Assembly: GCA_963817725.1 (NCBI GenBank)
Contig: CAWFPD010000007.1
Coordinates: forward strand, 215,750 to 279,749
Reading direction: 5' to 3'
Length of the DNA stretch: 64,000 nt
Source of the DNA: an uncultured delta proteobacterium
GTDB taxonomy: Bacteria; Myxococcota_A; Polyangia; Polyangiales; Houyiibacteriaceae
Part shown: positions 50,007 to 58,905 of the stretch, piece after piece
Numbering within the stretch: position 1 is the first letter of the stretch
Layout: every line of letters begins with the position of its first letter
The notes under the pieces: generated by a model
Seen by the model: only the letters and a program-made list of their open reading frames with translations
Database searches by the model: none
What the model was told of the DNA's origin: nothing
Made by a program: the position numbers and the translations under genes

Positions 50007-50608
50007 CGATGGTCGCTACCACCGTCACGATCGAGCGCCATGCGCTCCGTGTCGCCGTCGAGACCGCCGCAGTGGCGATGAGCACCGACGATCTTCGGTC
50101 CCACCTCGCTGGTGTCCACTGCGAGTTTCGTGGCGACGCCTTGATCACGTGCGCAAGCGATGGGCACCGACTGGTCCAGACCACCGTTCCGGTCCTCGAG
50201 CTCGAAGGTCAGGCGGCGGCGGCCTTCATCCGACGCGAAGACACGAAGCGCCTTCTGAAGACGTTGCGCTGCAAGAAATCCCAACAGTCCGAGCCGGTCA
50301 GGGTGGAAATCGGAGAGACGGTGAAAGTGACCGGCACCTTCGAGACGGTGGAGCTTGAAAACGGTAATGACGAGCCGACGCCTCCATACGGCAAGGTGAT
50401 CCCCCCACGTCGCGAGCCCGACGACAAAGGTCCAGGTCTCTTCGCACTGAATCCGACGTACTTGGCCGATCTGGGTCTGCTCGGTCGGCTGCTTCCATCC
50501 GCCAACGGCGCTGCGATCAGCACGACGTCAGCACGTGAGCCGGTTCGCATCGACGTCGGCAACAAAGAGATCTCCTCGATCTATCTCATCATGCCGATGC
50601 GGATCTGA
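50003..50608 (+). CDS. truncated DNA polymerase III beta sliding-clamp-like protein (about 1.5 clamp domains)
   Basis: DLRSHLAGVHCEFRGDALITCASDGHRLV parallels DnaN domain II (DVRYYLNGMLFE..L..VATDGHRLA). PPYGKVIP parallels FPDYRRVLP. C-terminus LNPTYLADLG...IYLIMPMRI parallels FNVSYVLDVL...YVVMPMRL. Only 201 aa versus about 370. Confidence 0.75.
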   Translation: MTMVATTVTIERHALRVAVETAAVAMSTDDLRSHLAGVHCEFRGDALITCASDGHRLVQTTVPVLELEGQAAAAFIRREDTKRLLKTLRCKKSQQSEPVRVEIGETVKVTGTFETVELENGNDEPTPPYGKVIPPRREPDDKGPGLFALNPTYLADLGLLGRLLPSANGAAISTTSAREPVRIDVGNKEISSIYLIMPMRI

Positions 50609-50727
50609 TCGTGCCGCACCGGAGCAATCAACCCGACCCACGAACGGCCGCGATTGTCGTGGGCTCGGTCAACCCAGCGGCTGAAGGAGGTGCCCATGGG
50701 CATCATTTTTGAAAGAGGCGGGTCATC

Positions 50728-50931
50728 ATGTTGACGCCCGTCGAGTCAGTGAAACGAGGCGATCGTCTCATGCACCCGCATAGCGGTTGGATGGCGGTCA
50801 ACTACGCACCCGAGCCCGTCTTGGGTCGGGACGCGTGGGAACTTGAGGTCATCGACGACCGGAGTGAGATTCGCGAGCTTTGGTTCTTCGAGGGCGACCT
50901 CATCGAAGTGGAGGAGCGCCATGACGGCTGA
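50728..50931 (+). CDS. hypothetical small protein
   Basis: 67-aa ORF; its stop lies close to the next start. Confidence 0.4.
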   Translation: MLTPVESVKRGDRLMHPHSGWMAVNYAPEPVLGRDAWELEVIDDRSEIRELWFFEGDLIEVEERHDG

Positions 50932-51277
50932 TCGAGAGAGTGGGCTCACCACTACGTCCGGCCTGACGGGGTTCAATAACGTACAGCCAGGCGACGGGTT
51001 CTTGACGATCACCTCACCGACGACCGGCCTACACGCCGTGATCGACGCCGGAGATATTCTCGATATCGAGGAGATGCTTCAGGGCATTCGCCTCACGGTG
51101 AAAACCGCGAGCGGCTCCGAAGCGTTCGAAGTGGACGGCGACCCGCGCGTCCTGCGTGCAAACCTCAACACCGCCTTGGTGTTGGCGAACGCTCGCCGTG
51201 GTCGACGAGAACCGACACAGCTTGGATTTTCAGAGCGTGTGTTGGAGGTGACCTATGCGGAGGACGACGATGCATAG
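50921..51277 (+). CDS. hypothetical protein
   Basis: 118 aa starting from ATG 50921 (MTADRESGL...). Overlaps its neighbours at both ends. Confidence 0.45.
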   Translation: MTADRESGLTTTSGLTGFNNVQPGDGFLTITSPTTGLHAVIDAGDILDIEEMLQGIRLTVKTASGSEAFEVDGDPRVLRANLNTALVLANARRGRREPTQLGFSERVLEVTYAEDDDA

Positions 51278-52025
51278 CCCCAAAAACCAGAAAGGCCGGC
51301 GGAACGCCGACCCAGCTGATGACAAGCTCCCGGTCAAGGAGAATGACTCGAAGGAGTCTACCATACCGGCCAAGGCGTCCAAGCCTAGGTCTGAATACGA
51401 GGCGGCCGTCGATGCGTTCGACGATCTGATCTCGCTCCCGGAAGTCTCCGGAACCGGCCCCATCAAAGGCGTTCCAGAGCCTGTCGAATACTCGATCTCG
51501 ACCTATCTCGACCCGAGTCGCTGGACGATGGTTGATCCTCGGGAGGAATACGCGCGCGTCGTGACGCTCCTGCGAGATCCGAATCGGCTCGCGACACGCA
51601 AAGGCGAGCGAGGTTTCAACCTCTACCTCGTGACCGCCCCCATCGCGCTTCAGCTTTTGGAGACATATCCAAACCTGCGGCGCAATCTTCGCAAGTACGA
51701 TCTCCGGGTTGCCAACTACAGGCACACTCACGAGATCGTCATCTACTGCATCATGCATCCCGTTGACGGGAATGAGATGAGCGAGGCGGCCTACCGGAAG
51801 AAGCTCCTATGCGTCGCCGACTGCCAACGGGATTGGCATATGGTGGGCCCAACGCCCGACGGCGAGATCGGCACATTCCCAACGGAGCTACCGAATCGCG
51901 ACCCGGTCAACTTTGACAAGCTCTATCGCGGAGCGCCTATGAAGGAGATCCTTTACAAGGCGTTTCGAGATCGGGTGATCGACGATTGGGACCACGCCGT
52001 CATTCGAGAGATCCGAGGCGTCTAG
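51255..52025 (+). CDS. hypothetical protein (immediately upstream of the polymerase)
   Basis: 256 aa with a basic, disordered N-terminus followed by a globular domain. No motif recognised by eye. Confidence 0.55.
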   Translation: MRRTTMHSPKNQKGRRNADPADDKLPVKENDSKESTIPAKASKPRSEYEAAVDAFDDLISLPEVSGTGPIKGVPEPVEYSISTYLDPSRWTMVDPREEYARVVTLLRDPNRLATRKGERGFNLYLVTAPIALQLLETYPNLRRNLRKYDLRVANYRHTHEIVIYCIMHPVDGNEMSEAAYRKKLLCVADCQRDWHMVGPTPDGEIGTFPTELPNRDPVNFDKLYRGAPMKEILYKAFRDRVIDDWDHAVIREIRGV

Positions 52026-52028
52026 CTT

Positions 52029-53879
52029 ATGAATCTGGAGGCGCTGCGCCACGAACTCGATCTCGTGGTCTACGACACCGAGTTTCGTGTCGACGAGTCG
52101 GAGGGTGAACGACCCTACCCATGGTGCCATTCGTGGATGAGTCTCCGCGACCGGATACCACACAAGGAATTCCTTGATGGGGTTCATCCTTCGGCTCGGC
52201 GCCATCCGGGCTTTCACACGCGACGTATCCCGGTCGCTTACAACCTCACGGCGGAGGCGAAGGTAATGTTGGTCGAAGGTCGGCCCCTGCCTCCATATGG
52301 GATCGATCTTTATGCGGAGCATCGTTTGCTCACGAATGGCATCGAATGCGGCAACCGCTTGATCGATGCGGCGAACTTCTGGGGCGTCGATTGTATGGAG
52401 TCGATGTACAAGGATCAGTGGCACAAACGTTTCATCGAGACGGAGCCGCCGTTCCCGCAGGAGTGGAAGGAAGGAGCACTCGACTACAACTTCGAAGACG
52501 TGGAGGTCACCACGAGGCTTCTCGAAGTCATGGCGTCTCGGATCGACCTTGGCCATGCGTTGATTCGTGGGGCGTACATGCTTGCGCTCGCCGAGATTGA
52601 GCACCTCGGGTTTCCCGTCGACGTCCCGCTCTACCTTTGGATGCAGGAGCATTGGGACGAGATCAAACAGCGCATGATCGACGCCTGCCCATACGCTGTA
52701 TTCGAGGGCCTTAGCTTCAATCACGAGAAGTTCGAGAGGTTTCTCGAGGAGGAGCTTGGCGTCACGTCATGGAAGCGAACCCCATCGGGTCGGCTGCTCC
52801 TTCAAAGCAGGTACTTCGCGCAAATGGCGTACGAGTATCCGCAGCTCGAAGGCATCCACCGAATCAAACGCCAGCTCGATACCTTCGACACATTCACGCT
52901 CGGCATTGACGTGAAGGATGCACGCAACCGCGCCGCGTGGTGGCCCTTCAAGAGTAAGACCGGCCGCAATCAGCCCAAGGCGCTGAACGTCTTTAGCAAT
53001 CATTCACGGTACGTCCGCGGACTCGGCACGCCACCACCGGGGCGCGCGCTATGCGAGCTCGACTACGAGCAACAGGAGTTCGCAATCGTCGCCGCGCTGA
53101 GCGAAGACCCGAGGATGATCGAGAGCTACCTCAGCGGCGATCCATACATGGCGCTGGCGGTACTGGCGGGAGCCGCACCTCCTGATGCCACGAAGAAGAC
53201 GCATAAGCTGGTTCGAGACCGGTATAAGGTGACAGCGCTCGCGGTTCAGTTCGGTAGCACCGGAGCCGGAATCGCACGACGCCTGGGCGAGCCTCATGCC
53301 GAGGGCGCGATCCTGCTCCGACAGTATGATGAGACGTACGAGGTCTTTCGCGAGTGGCAACGGCTGAAGCGCGCAAACGCTCGGTACGGCGAACCAATGG
53401 TGCTCTCGCACGGATGGCGGCTGTTCGGGGGCGAGGACATCGGCTGGCGCACGATCGACAACTTCTGGGCGCAGGGTTCGGGTAGCGAAATGCTGAGGTC
53501 GGCCGTGGTCAAGATACGGCAGGCAGGGATCGACATCGTGGCGCTGGTCCACGACGCGATCATCATCGAGGCCGAGGTCGACGACATCGAGGACGCGGCG
53601 GCTACAGCCGCTCGGATCATGGGCGACGTCAGCGAGAAGATCCTGCTAGGCCGGCTCCGGCTCCGGACCGAGGCGAAGTTCGTCGGACCCAGCGATCGCC
53701 TGCTTTGCGAGGAGGCCATGTCCATGTGGAACCTCGTCACCGGTCCGTACTTCGCCGAGCTCAGTGGGAACGGCATTCGCCCCGCAGCGCGAATCCCAGG
53801 ACGTTTCAGTGCGAACCTTGGGTCGCCGCAGTGCGAACCCCAGGACGTTTCAGTGCGAACGCCGTTCGCAACAGGGTAG
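52029..53879 (+). CDS. family A DNA polymerase with 3'-5' exonuclease domain (phage/plasmid type)
   Basis: Exo I VVYDTEF; Exo III YNFEDV; TGRNQP; motif A LCELDYEQQEFAIVA; motif B RDRYKVTALAVQFGS; NFWAQGSGSEML; motif C LVHDAIIIEAE. Confidence 0.9.
   Translation: MNLEALRHELDLVVYDTEFRVDESEGERPYPWCHSWMSLRDRIPHKEFLDGVHPSARRHPGFHTRRIPVAYNLTAEAKVMLVEGRPLPPYGIDLYAEHRLLTNGIECGNRLIDAANFWGVDCMESMYKDQWHKRFIETEPPFPQEWKEGALDYNFEDVEVTTRLLEVMASRIDLGHALIRGAYMLALAEIEHLGFPVDVPLYLWMQEHWDEIKQRMIDACPYAVFEGLSFNHEKFERFLEEELGVTSWKRTPSGRLLLQSRYFAQMAYEYPQLEGIHRIKRQLDTFDTFTLGIDVKDARNRAAWWPFKSKTGRNQPKALNVFSNHSRYVRGLGTPPPGRALCELDYEQQEFAIVAALSEDPRMIESYLSGDPYMALAVLAGAAPPDATKKTHKLVRDRYKVTALAVQFGSTGAGIARRLGEPHAEGAILLRQYDETYEVFREWQRLKRANARYGEPMVLSHGWRLFGGEDIGWRTIDNFWAQGSGSEMLRSAVVKIRQAGIDIVALVHDAIIIEAEVDDIEDAAATAARIMGDVSEKILLGRLRLRTEAKFVGPSDRLLCEEAMSMWNLVTGPYFAELSGNGIRPAARIPGRFSANLGSPQCEPQDVSVRTPFATG
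53795..53860 (+). repeat. 22-bp direct repeat x2 (CCCAGGACGTTTCAGTGCGAAC) with a third CAGTGCGAAC copy
   Basis: Copies at 53795-53816 and 53839-53860, with CAGTGCGAAC also at 53829-53838. All lie within the last ~30 codons of the polymerase ORF. Confidence 0.8.
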
Positions 53880-53932
53880 TCCTTCCTAGTCTTTCCATAG
53901 TCCATCCAGAGTCTTTCCCTTTAAGTCTTTCC
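53878..53932 (+). promoter_or_regulatory. iteron-like array: five phased 9-mers AGTCYWTCC
   Basis: Copies start at 53878, 53888, 53899, 53910 and 53924 (spacing 10, 11, 11, 14 bp). The array fills the gap between the polymerase stop and the wHTH gene start. Confidence 0.7.
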
Positions 53933-54349
53933 GTGAGTAAACCAACACCACCTCCGTTCATCGCCAACGCCCCGCTGACCTGGCTCCGCCGGGCCCAGGA
54001 AGCAGGGGGCGAGCATGGGCTTTGCCTCGCGTTGGTGATCTGGAGAGAGTGTCGACTCGGGCACACCCGACGGAGGCACAGCCGAGGGACAATCCCGGGT
54101 TTCGTGAAGCTCCCGTACGGAAGGGCCGCCGCCTTATTCGATCTCTCGCGCCGCACGTTCGGCCGGAAGATCGACCAACTCGAAGAGGCCGGCTTGATCG
54201 CGATCCGACGTCCTGGAGGGAACGCCGCCTATCAGGTGCGGGTTCTGGCGCTCCCCGGCGAAGAGCATTGGACGAACGTGTGGCTCGGTCTGCCACCACC
54301 ACCTGAACAGCTCGACATCGAGTTTGCTGGGCCTAGCGGTCGGAACTAA
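53933..54349 (+). CDS. winged-helix DNA-binding protein (candidate replication initiator or repressor)
   Basis: GTG at 53933. LFDLSRRTFGRKIDQLEEAGLIAIRRPGGNAAY resembles a MarR/Rep-type wHTH. The upstream part of the tracked ORF overlaps the polymerase. Confidence 0.55.
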   Translation: MSKPTPPPFIANAPLTWLRRAQEAGGEHGLCLALVIWRECRLGHTRRRHSRGTIPGFVKLPYGRAAALFDLSRRTFGRKIDQLEEAGLIAIRRPGGNAAYQVRVLALPGEEHWTNVWLGLPPPPEQLDIEFAGPSGRN

Positions 54350-54438
54350 CCGCGTTTCCCAAATTGGGCACTGACGCCTAATCTTGTTGAAGACTCGCTT
54401 CGCGTGGTGGTGCTGTAGAACGGGAGGCTGCGGCGTTG

Positions 54439-55080
54439 CTAGAGCCGTCGATCAAACTTCAAGAAGTAGGGCTCGGGTGGGACGCCCTGCCAGTCGGCGG
54501 GCCACTCCAACGTCTTGATTCCGCAGGGGACCCTAGCATCGCTGCTAGTGTTGAAGGGCTCTGAAATCTCAAGGCAGTTATCTCCGATTTTAGCGCTGAA
54601 GATAGTCACATCAGGCCCCTCAATGCCGTTGAATCCGTAACGGACGGTGTTGGGCTGGTAGGTCCCAAACGGAGAAACTGGCTGCCACGGCAGCGTGGAT
54701 GGGTCTGGATGTTCGGGTATCGCTTCGTCAATGCACGCGCCGTCGTCGGCTAGGTAGACGGGCTCGCCTTGGCAACCAGGTTCGAGGAAAAAGGCAGGGA
54801 TGGGGGGTGAGCCTTCGGAGGGCGTTGGGTCGATCCGCGTGAACTGCCACGGCTGCTCATAGCGCGGGTCGTCAGACTTGATCACCTGGACGTGCACAAC
54901 CCAATCAAACTCGGGCATGTAGAAAGAGGCGCTGGTCCCACTGAAGTCCAGTACCTCCCATTCGGCACCGCTGCCATCGACGATGTAGAGCCCGCTCCGT
55001 TCAAGCGGCCTCGGCCGTACGTCACAGGTGTAGCCAACGATCGCGATCAGCCCGATCAGAAGAACGACTCTTCGTAGCAT
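54439..55080 (-). CDS. secreted/lipoprotein-like hypothetical protein
   Basis: N-terminal MLRRVVLLIGLIAIVGYTC; AGGAGG upstream; 213 aa. No recognisable domain. Confidence 0.6.
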   Translation of the reverse strand: MLRRVVLLIGLIAIVGYTCDVRPRPLERSGLYIVDGSGAEWEVLDFSGTSASFYMPEFDWVVHVQVIKSDDPRYEQPWQFTRIDPTPSEGSPPIPAFFLEPGCQGEPVYLADDGACIDEAIPEHPDPSTLPWQPVSPFGTYQPNTVRYGFNGIEGPDVTIFSAKIGDNCLEISEPFNTSSDARVPCGIKTLEWPADWQGVPPEPYFLKFDRRL

Positions 55081-55358
55081 CTCAACCTCCTGTCGCAGCC
55101 TGCGCCCGGAGCTGGGGACTGCTCACGGTTTCAGCGGAGTCTCCCTTGAATCACGAATCGGGGGTCACTGTCTAGGGCCGGACGAGTGGATATGATGACA
55201 CTACGCGCCCGTGACTGCCGAAAGCTGTAATATTATCATCATAGATACAGCGACAGTGCACGATGCGGAGTGGGACTGGTCGCGGAGCCAGCACGGAGCA
55301 CGTCGCGCGCTCGGGTTCTCTCACGCGTGTGCCGATCCGAGCCCGGAGCGAGCCCGGA

Positions 55359-55379
55359 GTAGCAGCGTTTCGTAGCAGC
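55359..55379 (+). promoter_or_regulatory. internal pair of GTAGCAGC motifs
   Basis: GTAGCAGC at 55359 and 55372 (13-bp phase) inside a 630-bp non-coding gap. Confidence 0.5.
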
Positions 55380-55710
55380 ACGCCGTGTTCGGCAATGATT
55401 CCGGGTGATTCCGAGCCCGGACCACCACCCTCAATAGGTAGAGACCCACCCCGGTCTAGGCAAAAGGTACCGAAATGTGGGTGGCGGTGGTCACGAAACG
55501 CACCAAATTCCGTCCAAATAGCGCCCCATCCCCAAATGGGGTCACTGCTCCCTCCCAGATTCGCCATAACGGCCCCTAGCTGCCCGTCTGAGGCGTTTAT
55601 CCGGTTCGCAGGTACCTGACTAGCGTCTAGTACCGTTTAGGGACCGTCTGGTTGACAGGATGTAAAGTTGGCCGCCGCCTACGGCTGCACCTCAAACGCA
55701 CCCACGTCGC

Positions 55711-56214
55711 TCAGAACACGAATCGCGATCGTGCAAGGTCCCATTGCACGCGGTGCGGTGTCGCGTTGTCGTGCGCTCGCTTCAGCTCGCGCACCTGTCG
55801 CTTGCGGGCGCGCCATCGGCCGCCTGAGATGGCCATCCCCAGGACACCTCCGAATCCTACAAAGCCCCCTGCCAGCGCAACGCTGGCCCCGGCGACGCCC
55901 CGGTCTAAGTCAGACCAAGGATCGCTTCCGATCGACGCTGACGCCATGGTCGCGCCGCCGGCTATCATAAGTACTGCCCCCACACCGAAAAGAACGGAAG
56001 AACCGACAAGGCCGTTTCTTGCTCGCTGGACGCGAAGCTGCATCTCCTCAAGCGTGAACCCATCGCCTGTGCGCGGCGGACTCGGCTCAACCTCAACTCC
56101 AGCAGTGTACTGCTCGAGCTTCAGCGCACGATTGGTATCTTCTTTTGCTTGTGCGCTCGCGCCTTGGGGCAAAGCCGCCACCATCACACACAACACGCTT
56201 CCCAGACGCCACAC
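55711..56214 (-). CDS. secreted membrane protein, hypothetical
   Basis: Signal peptide MWRLGSVLCVMVAALPQGASA and two Gly-rich TM segments (SSVLFGVGAVLMIAGG, ALAGGFVGFGGVLGMAI). Confidence 0.55.
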   Translation of the reverse strand: MWRLGSVLCVMVAALPQGASAQAKEDTNRALKLEQYTAGVEVEPSPPRTGDGFTLEEMQLRVQRARNGLVGSSVLFGVGAVLMIAGGATMASASIGSDPWSDLDRGVAGASVALAGGFVGFGGVLGMAISGGRWRARKRQVRELKRAHDNATPHRVQWDLARSRFVF

Positions 56215-56297
56215 GACAACCTCCCGATATGGCTCGGCATTGGTCTAGCGAGTCTACATCAACGATTACCGGGAGTGGAAGGCGGGTGTCACCGGCG

Positions 56298-56629
56298 ATG
56301 AAACCAATTGTCGGCTCACTGCTCTGTCTCGTTCTGGGTTCACTCATCGTCGTGGGGATGCGGGGATTCCAACGGTACAAACGGCCTTGGCGGCGATCTT
56401 GTCTGCGCCTCAGACGACCCCGAGTATGGCAACACGATCCCCTGTCCGGGTGGAACGGAAACCCTCGACTTCTGCGTCAATACCGGCAATGGCGACTGCT
56501 ACTACGTGCTCGGTGGAGACCAAGGTCGGCTGCGGCAACTGCATAGAAAACAACTTCAACCTCGGCAGACTGCGGCTCGCGCAAAGCAATGGGGGCGCCA
56601 GCGCGGAAGGCTGTAGCCGCCGGTGTTGA
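56298..56629 (+). pseudogene. possible twice-frameshifted Cys-rich lipoprotein gene
   Basis: Signal peptide MKPIVGSLLCLVLGSLIVVG in one frame. CGDSNGTNGLGGDLVCASDDPEYGNTIPCPGGTETLDFCVNTGNGDCYYVLGGD in the next. VGCGNCIENNFNLG...EGCSRRC in the third. Confidence 0.3.
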
Positions 56630-56690
56630 CGCAGTTGTTCCGGTTGACTCTGTTGACACAATCGGCGAAAATTACCTACAGGCGCGGACC

Positions 56691-56885
56691 TTGGCGAAGC
56701 GACTTATCAGCTTTCGAATTGACGACGAGTTAGCGGCCGAGCTCGACCGCGATATGGCACACGCCAAGCGCGAAGCCGAGGCACGGGATAGCGAGTTTTC
56801 GGAGCCGATTTACCTCCGGATGCTGCTCCGCAAAGGCCTCCGGTCGCGCGAGCGCCAACGCAAGGTCCGCAAGAGCAAACCTTAA
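56691..56885 (+). CDS. ribbon-helix-helix (CopG/Arc-like) protein, start uncertain
   Basis: KRLISFRIDDELAAELDRDMAHAKRE has an RHH beta-strand/helix pattern. Tracked start at 56589; TTG at 56691 avoids overlap with the upstream ORF. Confidence 0.5.
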   Translation: MAKRLISFRIDDELAAELDRDMAHAKREAEARDSEFSEPIYLRMLLRKGLRSRERQRKVRKSKP

Positions 56886-56908
56886 TCAAAACCCCCAATA
56901 GGATCCCG

Positions 56909-57244
56909 ATGATCAAAGCCCCAGATGGTTTCAACTATCGCTTTACAGCAGCAGCGCCGGTCACCATCACCGATTACGTTCTGCCCCACCGCACCGACAG
57001 TGCGAAGCACCAACGGATAGCGGACAAGCTCGACACCATGATCGCGAAGATAGCCGAGCTACATCAAAGGTTCCTCGAGATCGAGGAGCAAGAGCGCAAA
57101 GATGCCTTCGGCACTTGGTGGCGCGAGGAATGCGACCCAAGCACGATGAAGCCGGAGAAGCTGCGTAGGTCCAGGCTTGACGCGTTTGCAAAGCGAATCG
57201 CGAAGAGCGCCAGCTTCCGGCAGCGTTTGCTGGAGGACGCATGA
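56909..57244 (+). CDS. hypothetical protein
   Basis: 111-aa helical ORF. ATGA overlap with the next gene. Confidence 0.5.
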   Translation: MIKAPDGFNYRFTAAAPVTITDYVLPHRTDSAKHQRIADKLDTMIAKIAELHQRFLEIEEQERKDAFGTWWREECDPSTMKPEKLRRSRLDAFAKRIAKSASFRQRLLEDA

Positions 57245-57678
57245 GTCAGCCGGTCACTGTGCGCGAAACGGGGAAAGCCTCGACTCCTAGGAAAGCGGTC
57301 CCGCCGAGTAAACTAACTACTGCCGCGTTTGAGGTTCCAGATCCGGCTGAGCCGCGAGCGGTCGCCACGTTGAACCCACGAACCAAGCTCGATCGTTTCA
57401 TTGCAGCTCTTGATTCGGTTCCGTGTCTTACGCCGCTGCTCGAGCGAACAGGCTATCCGGTTGTTTCAATTGACGGGCGGGGTCCTGGCGTTGTCGGCTT
57501 TCGCTGTCCCAAGTGCGGAACGAGCGTCATCAGCGCAAGCGGCCATCCCAACGTTCGGCTTACGAGCGGGCGTTATGGTACCGACCTTCAACCCCAACGC
57601 CTCGTCTGTCTGGTCTGCCGGTGGGATGCAACAGCTTCAACCGTAGCGCCGATCGTGCTTGGCGGAGACGCAGTATGA
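57241..57678 (+). CDS. zinc-ribbon hypothetical protein
   Basis: CPKCG...CLVC four-Cys motif. ATGA overlaps at both ends. Confidence 0.5.
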   Translation: MSQPVTVRETGKASTPRKAVPPSKLTTAAFEVPDPAEPRAVATLNPRTKLDRFIAALDSVPCLTPLLERTGYPVVSIDGRGPGVVGFRCPKCGTSVISASGHPNVRLTSGRYGTDLQPQRLVCLVCRWDATASTVAPIVLGGDAV

Positions 57679-58091
57679 CTCAGTACGAAACTTTGCGAAT
57701 GGTTGCGCCCGAAGCTGAGCCGAAGCTGAGCCGATTCACTGCAGCACGTTACGACGGTACGATCGCGGTTGACGTTTTGGCTGAAGAGGCATTGGAAAAG
57801 ATCCTACCGGCAGAACACAGCACAACGGCCGACCTGCTATTGATCGAAGCCTTCGACCTTGGCCAAGCCGTTGTGATCGCCAAGAGCGGTGACGAACGGT
57901 TGCCGTGGCGCAGGACGCGGATCACACGCGACGGTCAAGTGGCTGAGAAGTGGCACCGGCAGCCGATGAATGCGACGGAACGAAGCCGACTCGACAGGGT
58001 GCTACGGGCCGAACGCTTGAAGCGCGAGGACCAGCTACGGCGCGAGGTTATCTCGTTCGAGCAGCAGCGACGTGCCGAGCTTGGTTTGTGA
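57675..58091 (+). CDS. hypothetical protein
   Basis: 138 aa from ATG 57675. GTGA overlap with the next ORF. Confidence 0.5.
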   Translation: MTQYETLRMVAPEAEPKLSRFTAARYDGTIAVDVLAEEALEKILPAEHSTTADLLLIEAFDLGQAVVIAKSGDERLPWRRTRITRDGQVAEKWHRQPMNATERSRLDRVLRAERLKREDQLRREVISFEQQRRAELGL

Positions 58092-58279
58092 CGCACCCTT
58101 GGCAGAACCAGGACTACGCGCAGTCGCAGCTCCTCGACATCATCGCGCAAGTGCTAGGAGCTCGACCGGACGAAACCGGGGAGACTGCGTATCCCGAAGA
58201 GAGCATCAACGAGGCAGTCATTCGCATTGCGGACGCTCTCGAGCGTATTGCTTCGGTGATGGACAAACAGCCGGACTGA
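58088..58279 (+). CDS. hypothetical small protein
   Basis: 63 aa, GTG start overlapping the previous stop. Confidence 0.4.
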   Translation: MTHPWQNQDYAQSQLLDIIAQVLGARPDETGETAYPEESINEAVIRIADALERIASVMDKQPD

Positions 58280-58520
58280 TCACGGACAGGTTGAAGCGCC
58301 AGGGAGAATTCGTGGCATTGGTGCCACCTTGGGCGCGGCTTCCTGACCCAGAGCTAGCGTTTCCCTCCACTCTTGTGCGGTTAGGATCGCGGGCTCCGAC
58401 GTAGCCAGGTTCGTTTGGGTTTCCTTTCCCTGAGCGAGCCTGTGCTAGGTCGTTTTCCCTTTGGCTTACCGATTTTCGCATTCTGCCGTGGGGTCCCTTA
58501 CCCTGTGTGATGGGGGCACC

Positions 58521-58856
58521 ATGGGAAGTTGGTTCCGGCTGTTTCTGTTTGTCGTGTGTCTGGCGGCATGTGAGACGGAACCAGACGCGCCAGAGCCGCC
58601 GAAAGAAGCATCGAGCGGGGAAGAGAGTCTGTGTCGCACACTGCAGCACGAGCGCCTGATGGAAGATCTCGGCCCAGGCGACGTTCTTCTTTGGCCTGCG
58701 CGCCCGAGAATGCCCCCCCAGCGAGAAGGCGATTGTCGCATAGGGCTGGATGGCCTTCAGGCCACGCCGACCCCAACGGAACGGGCCACCCCTGTCCTGG
58801 AGCAGGACAAGCCGTCTCGAACCGCTCACTCAAGGACCAGTAACGCAGAAGAATAG
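58521..58856 (+). CDS. small lipoprotein, hypothetical
   Basis: MGSWFRLFLFVVCLAAC lipobox. Confidence 0.5.
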   Translation: MGSWFRLFLFVVCLAACETEPDAPEPPKEASSGEESLCRTLQHERLMEDLGPGDVLLWPARPRMPPQREGDCRIGLDGLQATPTPTERATPVLEQDKPSRTAHSRTSNAEE

Positions 58857-58905
58857 GGTGTTGGAGATGATCTGTCGCAGTGAAACAAGCGAGCCGAATC
58901 GAGTC

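Noticed and set aside
50696-50734. 12-codon mini-ORF (MGIIFERGGSSC) with a strong GAAGGAGG site, overlapping the start of the 50728 gene.
   Set aside because: It is too short to support. It may simply provide ribosome loading for the downstream ORF.
55081-55710. ORFs 55172-55567 (-) and 55263-55619 (+) in the 630-bp gap, and the idea that the gap holds a second (internal) att site marking two tandem elements.
   Set aside because: The translations are low-complexity and mutually overlapping. Apart from the GTAGCAGC pair, only a 6-mer (AGGTAG) resembles the att core, and at a different distance. That is insufficient to claim a junction.
56643-56680. Tandem TTGACT/TTGACA hexamers upstream of the RHH gene as a sigma-70-type promoter.
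   Set aside because: No convincing -10 hexamer lies at 16-18 bp spacing (the best candidates are TACCTA or ACCTAC), so it is not called.
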